From the NCBI GenBank assembly GCA_964016885.1, contig OZ024742.1, positions 118,048,001 through 118,112,000 of the forward strand: a stretch of 64,000 nt of DNA, written 5' to 3'. This document shows positions 13,130-23,699 of this stretch, in pieces (the stretch's first letter is position 1; each line of letters begins with the position of its first letter). The notes under the pieces were generated by a model that saw only the letters and a program-made list of their open reading frames with translations, was not told the origin of the DNA and made no database searches. This stretch comes from Eledone cirrhosa. Its lineage: Eukaryota. Position numbers and translations under genes: made by a program.

Positions 13130-13291
13130 CGTTGAATAATGCTGCTAATTTTAGTGGCAACTCGACATGTTTATAATATCCAGCTTTTATCAGCGACCTG
13201 ATTTGCGTGTGTGTCACTTTAACGGCTTGACCGCATGCGTTGGGCAGGGAGCATAATATTTACTTGCTATACCTTATAGCGTGGAAATAGG

Positions 13292-13372
13292 GCTGTCTGA
13301 AGATTCATTTCTTTCCATTGGAAATTCGTTGGATTTCCAATCTTTCGGAATGATGAAACCGTCGGTAACAGC
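13292..13372 (+). ncRNA. Type I hammerhead ribozyme
   Basis: Stem I GCTGT/ACAGC; CTGAAGA; stem II TCATT/AATGA extended by ATTGGAAAT/ATTTCCAAT; GAA; stem III ACC/GGT around GTC; GUA site after 13367. Confidence 0.88.
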
Positions 13373-13748
13373 ATCTGAACAGGTGATTATTTAATCATTT
13401 TTTAATTTATTTAGAAAATTGTTTAATAACCGTTTGTTTCGCTACTTTTATATTGTTCTGGTATCTCGAATTAGTGCCATTGAACCACATGTATTATAAA
13501 GAACTTGAATATTTCTACAAGTACATTGTACCTGTTGAAGTATCCATCCACTTCTATAATTTATTCTCCTTACGTAGAGAACAAAACGTTGAATAATGCT
13601 GCTAATTTTAGTGGCAATTCGACATGTTTATAATATCCAGCTTTTATCAGCGACCTGATTTGCGTGTGTGTCACTTTAACGGCTTGACCGCATGCGTTGG
13701 GCAGGGAGCATAATATTTACTTGCTATACCTTATAGCGTGGAAATAGG

Positions 13749-13829
13749 GCTGTCTGAAGATTCATTTCTTTCCATTGGAAATTCGTTGGATTTCCAATCT
13801 TTCGGAATGATGAAACCGTCGGTAACAGC
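13749..13829 (+). ncRNA. Type I hammerhead ribozyme, second tandem copy
   Basis: Same sequence as 13292-13372; predicted cleavage after 13824. Confidence 0.88.
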
Positions 13830-13901
13830 ATCTGAACAGGTGATTATTTAATCATTTTTTAATTTATTTAGAAAATTGTTTAATAACCGTTTGTTTCGCT
13901 A

Positions 13902-13983
<82 letters not shown>

Positions 13984-14498
13984 TTAGTTAAGCAAAACAA
14001 GACCACAAATTTCACAAGGAAGACATTATTAAAAGATTGTCAACATATTTAGTTTGATGTAAGGAATGTAGAGAATAATAATAATAATAATATAAATAAT
14101 AATAATGCCCGTTTACAATTGTTTCGCTACTCTGTATAATATTTCTGGATCAGATGACTATGTATCATAATTGATCTGGTTCAGTTGAAAATAATTAACA
14201 TATTTAAAAAAACTGAGTGGCTCATCGGAACTCAAAGGAATATAAATTAAAATAATGTTACATAATACAATGTTCCATATATTAGTTTTTACTATTGTGC
14301 CTTTGTTTCATCAGCTGTCAGCCATAATCAAGCAGTACTCATCTGTCGAGGCTGCATTGTGTGAGATCTGCCTATGGGTAACAAGATGGCTGCCAAAGGG
14401 CATATTTACCTTACCTATTAGAGGGTGGTTTCAGGGGAAGTAACTTCTCAAGAGATTAGAGATTGTGTGTATTTTATAGTTATGTGCTAGTATTTAAA

Positions 14499-16472
14499 TT
14501 ATTTAATTGAGAGACAATGTAGGGGAAGTAACTTATAATTATCGAGTTGTTCATAGCAATTTAACTTATTAGCTACAATTAGAGATGGGGCTACATGACT
14601 AAGTTGGGTCAAAAAAACTCTATTGGCGAAGGAATTAGCCCTTCGATGTTGACAGCTAATGGTTACCTCCGTTCTATCGTTAATTGGTAGAGGTTTTGAT
14701 AGAGTTATGTAATATGCTTCCGTAACGCAGAGATCACAAGATTTCCTTCGTCCATTGAACGGTTGGGCCCTAGCTACGATATCCCATCTTAGTGAGTGTT
14801 GAACTTTGTTTAATTTAAGGTTTTTAATAAGCCTAGCTAGCGATGTCGAACATCTGTTGCTCGGGTCTCGGAAGGAAAAAGAGTGCGCGTTATAGCGTAC
14901 CTTAAAAGGGTTAGAGGTAGATCCGATATAAGAGCTGGTATTCGAAGCAGTCTCAACTGTGCACCTATAGACTATGTTGGGTGTCAGGCAGTGTCCATTT
15001 AATGGGCATGCATTGGGGTACCGGCAGTTGCAGTTGCTTCTGCGGTTAGTTATAGTAGGGTTATTTAACCTAAGCAGTTGGTCCATGCTAGAAGGATTAG
15101 ATGGAGGAGGTGTGCTACTAGAGTAATTATTAGTGTAGAGGCTGGGTGTATTTGATAGGGGTGGTGGTACCGCGGTGTGGGAGTTATAGTGTCTTAGCTT
15201 ATGATGGTTACTGAACGCGATGTGGCTAGCTAGGTTAGGTGTAGTGGAGAATGAGATTTTAATGTTGTTTTTATTAAAGAGTTTGTAATATCTATGCTAA
15301 GGGGGGAAGTGTTTGGATAGGATAGAGAAGAAGCGATTGGGGATATTAATGGCTAGATTAGATGAGAATGGTAGGTTAAGCCAGGTGATATTTCTAGGCC
15401 TATTCCTTCTAGGGGTTCTAGTGGAGTTGGTAGGGGCCTTCCTAGGGTTATTATTACCTGGGGGTTTGTTATTTGTCATCCCATTTCTCATTCCTATTCT
15501 AGGGTTGATTCTAAGTTTGCTACTAGGAGTGGGGAGCAGGCCGCTTCCACCATTAAAGTTCCCTGTATAGGTGCTGTTACTGCTAAAATTCCGGCGAACC
15601 TGGTTATATGCTAAGGTATTTCTAGTTCTAGTGTTAAGTTTATTATGGTGAGTTGCTGTGTTATGGCATTTTGGTATGTAATAAATTGATTGTTTATAAC
15701 CAGATTCAGAGAGAGCCTTATTATAATAATGTGCGTGGTTTATAAATATCTCTTCATTTGCTGATAGCATTGAGATCCTATAGGAGATAGATTTGATTAC
15801 TGCTCTGATGACTGCCGGTGGGTGGTTAGAGTGTGGGCTAATATATGTGAGTATTTCGCCTGGTTTATGGTAAGGGTTATAAAGGTTATTGTTGAGATCA
15901 AGGGTGACGTCTAGGAAGTTTACTACTTTATGGTTCAGCTCGATGGTGATAGAGAGACTGTTATTTTTGAAGAATCTATGAAATTGTTTCTTAAGCAAAT
16001 CGATTCCCCGATTAGTGCAATTGTGGACTGCAAATAGGGCGTCGTCCCTGTATATTCCACCTTGCATGGGTTGGATTTCGGCTCTGATGTTACGTAATAG
16101 GTAAATCCCAACTAAATCGGTGACTTGCGCGGAATCACTTGAACCCATCGTAATGTCAAAGTTATCTGTTCTATCTTTTCTAGTCCAGAGTGCTCCGTTG
16201 AATTCAATGATAGTCTGCCTAGCCATGAGTGTGATGTTAATCTCATTATTGGTTATGTCCGAGTTGGTGGTTGCTAGGGCTAGTGCTTTGTTGAGCAGTT
16301 CCGGGGTTATTGACGCATAATAGCTGTCTATATCAAATTGGATGAACCTCATAGATTGCTTGGACCTTAGATCGGAGAACCATCTGATGACTTGGCCGGT
16401 GTTGGACCACCTCTTGTAGGTGATATCATCCCGTAGCCCAGGGATTATCCTATCAAGGATGCTCTTACTGAT
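14499..16472 (-). pseudogene. PLE reverse transcriptase + GIY-YIG endonuclease, 5'-truncated, single in-frame TAG
   Basis: FIQFDIDSYY, TMGSSDSAQV, YRDD, VNFLDVTLDL, SNHPP; then CNC..CPLNGHCL, IVYRC..YIGST, CDLC..E..CQH. ORFs 15297-16499 and 14499-15086 share a frame across the TAG at 15297-15299. Confidence 0.93.
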
Positions 16473-17825
16473 TCGCCGGAATTTTAGCAGTAACAGCACC
16501 TATACAGGGAACTTTAATGGTGGCAGCGGCCTGCTCCCCACTCCTAGTAACAAACTTAGAATCAACCCTAGAATAGGAATGAGAAATGGGATGACAAATA
16601 ACAAACCCCCAGGTAATAATAACACTAGGAAGGCCCCTACCAACTCCACTAGAACCCCTAGAAGGAATAGGCCTAGAAATATCACCTGGCTTAACCTATC
16701 GTTCTCATCTAATCTAGCCACTAATATCCCCAATCGCTTCTTCTCTATCCTATCCAAACACTTCCACCCTTAGCATAGATATTACAAACTCTTTAATAAA
16801 AACAACATTAAAATCTCATTCTCCACTACACCTAACCTAGCTAGCCACATCGCGTTCAGTAACCATCATAAGCTAAGACAATATAACTCCCACGCCGCGG
16901 TACCACCACCCCTATCAAATACACCACGCCACTACACCAATAATTACTCTAGTAGCACACCTCCCCCATCTAATCCTTCTAGCTTAGGTTAAATAACCCT
17001 ACTATCACTAACCGCAGAAGCAACTGCAACTGCCGGTACCCCAATGCATGCCCATTAAATGGACACTGCCTGACACCCAACATAGTCTATAGGTGCACAG
17101 TTGAGACTGCTTCGAATACCAGCTCTTATATCGGATCTATCTCTAACCCTTTTAAGGTACGCTATAACGCGCAGTCTTTTTCCTTCCGAGACCCTAGCAA
17201 CAGATGTTCGACATCGCTAGCTAGGCTTATTAAAAACCTTAAATTAAACAAAGTTCAACACTCACTAAAATGGGATATCGTAGCTAGGGCCCAACCGTTC
17301 AATGGACGAAGGAAATCTTGTGATCTCTGCGTTACGGAAGCATATTACATAACTCTATCAAAACCTCTACCAATTAACGATAGAACGGAGGTAACCATTA
17401 GCTGTCAACATCGAAGGGCTAATTCCTTCGCCAATAGAGTTTTTTTGACCCAACTTAGTCATGTAGCCCCATCTCTAATTGTAGCTAATAAGTTAAATTG
17501 CTATGAACAACTCGATAATTATAAGTTACTTCCCCTACATTGTCTCTCAATTAAATAATTTAAATACTAGCACATAACTATAAAATACACACAATCTCTA
17601 ATCTCTTGAGAAGTTACTTCCCCTGAAACCACCCTCTAATAGGTAAGGTAAATATGCCCTTTGGCAGCCATCTTGTTACCCATAGGCAGATCTCACACAA
17701 TGCAGCCTCGACAGATGAGTACTGCTTGATTATGGCTGACAGCTGATGGAACAAAGGCACAATAGTAAAAACTAATATATGGAACATTATATTATGTAAC
17801 ATTATTTTAATTTATATTCCTTTGA

Positions 17826-17946
17826 GTTCCGATGAGCCACTCTGTTTTTTTAAATATGTTAATTATTTTCAACTGAACCAGATCAATTATGATACATAGT
17901 CATCTGATCCAGAAATATTATACGGAGTAGCGAAACAATTGTAAAC
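17826..17946 (+). ncRNA. Type I hammerhead variant (CCGAUGA core) with ~75-nt stem II insert; mirror at 14111-14231(-)
   Basis: Stem I GTT/AAC; CCGATGA; stem II GCCACTCTGT/ACGGAGTAGC with a nested CAGAT/ATCTG hairpin; GAAAC-AATT-GTA. Confidence 0.7.
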
Positions 17947-18292
17947 GGGCATTATTATTATTAATATTATTATTATTATTATTATTCTCTACATTCCTTA
18001 CATCAAACTAAATATGTTGACAATCTTTTAATAATGTCTTCCTTGTGAAATTTGTGGTCTTGTTTTGCTTAACTAATGAATATTTCCAGCTCTGCGCACC
18101 TAACCTCTGCATGAACCCAGCCACCTAGCTGCTTTATACTGCATATTGCACATTGAGCACATGCCTTTACGCTTTGGCTTCTAACTAACTCACCAATCTT
18201 TCCTCTCATATCTCCTCTACTATTTCAATCTCTCTCTTTAAGATTGGTTACTCTTGAACTATGTATATATATATATATGTATGTATGTATAT

Positions 18293-18497
18293 ATATAATA
18301 TAGAAATGGCTTCTACAGGACTAGACTGTTTCATTCGAAGGAAATCATCAGGAAAGCCATACAAGAAAGCTTTCCTGATGATTTCCTTCGAATGAAACAG
18401 TTCTAGTCCTGTAAAAGCCATCTCTATATTGAATATTTATACTCTGCTATGTATTTCGGACCTTACTGTGGTTACGCCCGATTGAACCCGGGATATA
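18293..18497. mobile_element. Miniature hammerhead foldback element, family F copy 1
   Basis: ~18297-18358 mirrors ~18369-18430; tail to ~18497; homologous to 62631-62820; TA-rich flanks. Confidence 0.88.
18369..18418 (+). ncRNA. Type I hammerhead ribozyme (family F)
   Basis: GCTTTC; CTGATGA; stem II T-TTC-CTTC-GAA-T; GAA; stem III ACAG/CTGT; GUA site after 18413; (G/A)AAGC. Confidence 0.78.
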
Positions 18498-18800
18498 CAC
18501 AGACCCCCCCCCCCCCCCACACACACACACACACAAATATATATATATATTTATATATATATATGTATATATGTATATATTTATATATATATATGTATTT
18601 GAATATATATATATATATATAGATAGATATAGATAGATGTATGTATATGTATATATATTGTGTGTCTGTGTGTGTGTATGTATGTAGGTAAGTATGCATA
18701 TGTATCCTTTTGTCAGGTTTTGTTTTTTGTCTTGCGGAAGAACTCATAAGAGTCAATAACGGCCATCCAAAAGTGTTTAAATATGTATATACACATGTAC

Positions 18801-19117
18801 CGCGCGGTTAAACCACTGGGAGTGAAATACCCCTAGCCTTTGTCTGGGCATTCTTCTAGGAGAATTTAACTCAGGAAACGAGATAACTCCGATATAAAAC
18901 CTGCGGCTCAGTAGTTACCGATGATGTTGATCGTTTCTTCTTTTCGGGTTATAGCTACTGTCGCTCAGAGAGTGGGATTGGCCTAGTGCACAGTCTTTCC
19001 TCACTTGAAAAAATATCTTCACGCACGGGCATTGAACGATAGAATTAATTAATAATTATTAATAAATGGTATATCGTGCAATGGCCATACTCGATAACGA
19101 GTGGGCAGCCATAATAA
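18801..19117 (+). mobile_element. Bipartite non-autonomous RTE derivative (RTE-tailed SINE-like element)
   Basis: Body matches 23414-23678; 3' end TCGTGCAATGGCCATACTCGATAACGAG..GGCAGCCAT matches the RTE 3' end at ~30500-30538. Confidence 0.8.
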
Positions 19118-19939
19118 TGCATATATGAATGTATAATCGACGGTTCTCACGGCTTCATCATCAATAGCATTGTTGGCTTACTGTTTCTATTATCGTAGGC
19201 ATATGAATTTTATCAGGTTTCATGCATGAGCAGCGTACACGTCATAAACGCGTGGCCTACGACGTGTGGGATTAACAGTCAACCTTTAAGACTTAAATTC
19301 CGGCAAGAAAGCCATAGAATGCTGTTAAAGTATGAAGAACTGCATAAAACTTCATAGAATACATGTGTGTACAATTAAAGAGACAATAAAAATACGCCAA
19401 CAATAGTCCTGAGCATGAGATTGTGGGGATCTGGAAACGTCGATTAAATTATGAATTTAGGCACTTTGTTGTAGAAGCCTTAGACAATAGAAGATAATAA
19501 AGAAATTAAAACATGGAAATAGTCGTCTTTAACAACCTACATATAGAGGAAAGGCTACTTTCGATATATATGAATACACACACACACACACAGACACACA
19601 CACCCACACACATATATATATGTGTGTGTGTGTGTGTGTTTATATTCATGTAGCATGTATAATACACAACAAATAAGGTATTTGTTTTGCAAGGGTTCTT
19701 ATATGAAATCGGGTGTTGAAACAGATATTGTTATATTTGGGGAGGGTTATGTTGTCCTAATATTGCCAAAAATAGTCACTGTTTGGTTTGGTTTTCACTT
19801 CAGTATATTTTTATATTTATATATAATTTAGCTGGCAATCAATGTTTCTCATTGATTGGCCAACAGCTGAAAATATAAATATACATATAATTTCTCAAAT
19901 TTCTTTCATCACACAACTGGAGGAAACACAGTGATAATC

Positions 19940-21310
19940 ATTGAAGGTGTCAGAAGCAACCGTCTCCAATTGATCTGGCTGGATCCGCAAGTGAGACCAA
20001 CCGACCTCATGGATAGCTGTTTTGTTCGGGATCTATCCCTAGGTCTCCTGTCGGTTGATTTTGCCTGTAAAATCCGTTTAGCGATTTCTTCCTGAGACAT
20101 TCTAACTACATCCCCATAGCAGAGGAGCTGTGATCTCTCAATTCGGAAATGTAGCGGCTATATTTGAAGTGACTCTTAGATTCTTAGATCTTCGAGCTAC
20201 GCACCCTATTGAGTAAGGTTAGTCCAAAGACCCTTCGGGGGAACCCCATTTCGTGTTAAGTAATACCATGTCGTCTGGAAATTACAGCCGACCTATCCTA
20301 CACCTGACAGTCGTGATACCACATCCAACCTGGCTACGAATAAAAATAATGAGCAGGAGAGGTGACAATACCACACTTGGTGGAGTCCGACTCCCGCATT
20401 GAATGGTTTCGATTTAGCATAATTTATCGGAACACAAATACTCGTATAGAGCCATCAGGGCAACAAGAAGCTGACAATCGGTCCCATACTCCTGCAGAAC
20501 CTTCCACAGCAGGTCTCGTGGAATGTGGTCATATGCCTTTTCGAGGTCTACAAAGCAAGAATATACCTCTTAGCAATGCTCCCACGATTTCTGAAAATCC
20601 TGCTGCAGTGTGAATATTTGGTCAGCTGTGCTGTGTCCAATACGAAAACCACACTGCTCAACAGCTAGCTCGGACTCGACAATCTTCTAGATATCTTTGC
20701 TAGACACTTAGCTTAGACTTTAACGGGGGGGGGGGCTTAAAAATGAAATATCTCAATAAATGGAGCAATCTCTCTCGTCTCCCTTTTTGAAAAATGAGAT
20801 TACCATTTCCGGTGAACATTGCATCGGTGCCTTTCCAGATACCCAAATCACCCGGCTCGCACGAGTCAGCCAGAGAATACCTCCTCTATCTAAAACTTTT
20901 AACATCTCCGAATTTCATCCGTTACAATGACCTTCCCACATTTGAGCTCTTTAATTGCTCTTGTGACCTCAACCTCCGAAAGATTAATCATCGCTCCCAG
21001 AAGCATCTCGTGTACATCAGAAGATGCTGCTGGGATCGGGTTTAGGAGATCCATCTCGTGAGGATGCACCTCCCCGAAGAGAGGAAAACCCTGACGAGTT
21101 ACTGATAGTAGGAGAGGAGGAGGACTTATTGCGAAATCAGCAACTGGTCTGCCAGAACACTTTGTTTGCTTATCTGAAGTCGGATTACAGCTTAACCCCA
21201 AAGTTCTCCCATGTCTTAACTTTGGATGTCTTTACTGTCACTGCTTGTACAGCAATTGCAAGGAGGACTTATGTCCAAACCAAGCTTTGTAGGCTTCCTT
21301 CTTTGTTCGA
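19940..21310 (-). mobile_element. Degenerate Expander/Rex3-like RTE LINE fragments
   Basis: 19940-20255 is homologous to the 3' fragments above; 20440-21310 has INLSEVEVTRAIKELKCGK..DEIR and TCCGRFC-like RT remnants. Confidence 0.7.
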
Positions 21311-22645
21311 ATGGCAATTTTGACCTCTTCGCATGCGGCGCCACACCAGGCCACTTTCGCCCGCAACATTTAATAGCTGAAGAAGAAACAGCTTATGTAT
21401 ATATGTATGTATGTATGATGGTGATGGTGATGGCGGCGGTGGATAGAGGTGGCAGTAGTGGTGGCAGTTGATGTTGTTGTTGTGTTTTGTTGTGTGTTTT
21501 TTTTAATCGTTTGATGCCGCTGTTGTTGTTGTTGTTGTTGTAAATGTTCATTTCAATTCATTCTGAAGCTGTTGTTGCTGTAAACATTAGTGCCGGTGTT
21601 GTTGTTGTAGATGTTTGGGGTTGAAATCTGGTCGTTTGACTGAGTGATGTATATACATACATATACATACATATATATATATATACCTTTTGTGATTGCC
21701 CCACCGCTCAACTATATGAATGCACACCCGTGACTTTAGAGTGTGAACTTCTGTGACTGCCCAACCTGGGATGTCTCCATTGCATTGCAATGGTCAACTC
21801 AATCGAGTGTGGACATAGCACCTGTTAATTATAAATCTCATTTGAGCATTTGATTGTTGTGATATGGCTAACTGTAACACTTAAGGCGTTCGTGTGCCCC
21901 TGATATATTCAAAAAATATATATCTTATCTCACTTTACTTTATTTTATTTTATTTCATTGTATTTTATTTTATATAATTTTATTTTATTTTATTTTATTT
22001 TATTCTTTACCCTTTATCTTTATTATCTGTATATTTTATATATATTTTTTATATTTTTTATATATATTATTTGTCTATTTTTTATCTATTTTTTATCTAT
22101 TTTTATCTACTCTTATCTATCTTATCTATTTTTGTCTATTCCTTATCTATTCTCTATCTCTTATCCATGGTTAATCTATTTTTTATCTATGGTTAATCTA
22201 TTTTTATCCTTTGTTTATCTTACTTTTACCCATTGTATTTTTACCCATTGTATATCTACCATTTATCTCTTAGCTTTTGCATACTCGTCCATGATATGTT
22301 ATTTGTATTAGTCTATACTATATGTGTTGCATATGGCTGCCTGTTGTGTGGTTGCATGCGGGTGCTCATGCTTATGCGTATGCTTGTATGTAACTGTATG
22401 TTAACAGCACCCTGCCCAACTGCGAGTGATAGCACCTCTTATTTTTCAATGCTTATTTTTCAATGTTTATTTTTTATTTCTTCAATGTTTATTTTTTACT
22501 TTTTACTATTCTTTATCCTCCAATTTTATTTTCTACACTATCTCACTCTATTCACTCTACTCTTTAAACTCCTCCCAACTTATGGCATCCCCATATATAT
22601 TCTTCTGTCTTGGCTTTGTTAATGCTTGTGTAATATGTACTCACT

Positions 22646-22703
22646 CTTTATGCTCTGATGAGTCCCACTTATAGTGTGGACGAAACACTGTTAGCAATTA
22701 AAG
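22646..22703 (+). ncRNA. Type I hammerhead ribozyme (family G, solitary)
   Basis: Stem I CTTTA-TGCT/AGCA-at-TAAAG; CTGATGA; stem II GTCC-CAC-ttata-GTG-t-GGAC; GAAAC-ACT-GTT; ~130-nt tail, then TA repeats at ~22828. Confidence 0.82.
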
Positions 22704-23163
22704 ATATACCTATGTTCTAAGCGTTCTTTGTTGTTAATTATATTACGGCTCTGTCCTCAGACATCGAGCTAACCTTATACTGCCTATTGGATAAGTGGAG
22801 TGTTACACACTCCTAATCCTCTCCCTTATATACTATATATACACATATACATTCAACACAGAGTAGAGAGTTTGACAACAGGTCGGTGATTTTAGTCTAG
22901 ATAGGGTAATGACATCGGGCCTTAAGAAAACAACTTTAACAATAATAATTTTTCTGCTTTTAGCATGGAGCCAGCGATTGCTCCAGCGCATTACTGGTAC
23001 TCTCTTTTGTTGACTCCGTGGGGATGAAAGGCAAGGCAAGGGCCATAGCTGTAAAGTAATTATAATAATACTGAACGGTAACACGAAAGGCTTCAACTAT
23101 ACGAACTCTTTTGAAAGTCAACAGTTGACATAATCTTGTAATCTTGTATCAGTAATGGCGGTA

Positions 23164-23269
<106 letters not shown>

Positions 23270-23379
23270 GTGAGTAGCGTGTGTGTGCTTGTTTGTATGT
23301 ATGAGTGTTGGTGTGTGCGCGCGTATGTATGTGTGTGTGTCGTACGTATAAGTGTCAACAAGTGAGTTTTTTTATGCGC

Positions 23380-23678
23380 GGGGACATAGAAATAGTCGGG
23401 CTGGATACCCGATCGCGCAGTTAAACCACTGGGAGTGAAGAACCCCTAGCCCTTGTCAGGGCATTCTTCTAGGAGAAGGCATCTCAGGAAACTGGGTTAA
23501 CTCCGACATAAAACCTGCGGCTCAGTAGTTACCGATGATGTTGATCTTTTCTTCATTTCGGGTTATAGCTACTGTCGCTCAGAGAGAGGGATTGGCTCAG
23601 TGCACAGTCTTTCCTCACTTTAAAAATATTCTTCACGCACAGGCATTGCACGATTGCATTAATTAATAATTATTAATA
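23380..23678 (+). mobile_element. RTE-related 5' segment (same family as 18801-19117), interrupted by the following LINE
   Basis: Direct homology to 18801-19064; ends at an AAT-rich tract where the Tx1-like element begins. Confidence 0.75.
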
Positions 23679-23699
23679 GTGTATTATTATTATTATTAT

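Larger units (their letters stand above)
13128..13910 (+). mobile_element. Retrozyme-like 1.7-mer of a 457-nt unit with two hammerheads, in (TA)n
   Basis: 13128-13453 is repeated almost exactly at 13585-13910 (offset 457); no ORF; (TA)n on both sides. Confidence 0.85.
13979..18262. mobile_element. Penelope-like element family C (Naiad-type), foldback insertion in (TA)n
   Basis: Minus arm 13979-~16471; plus arm ~16472-18083 mirrors 13979-15598; unique tail ~18084-18262; (TA)n on both sides. Confidence 0.93.

Noticed and set aside
19200-19560. Possible old Penelope/Poseidon GIY-YIG remnant (IKETIKIRQ...DCG)
   Set aside because: One short motif amid stops; too weak to call without an alignment.
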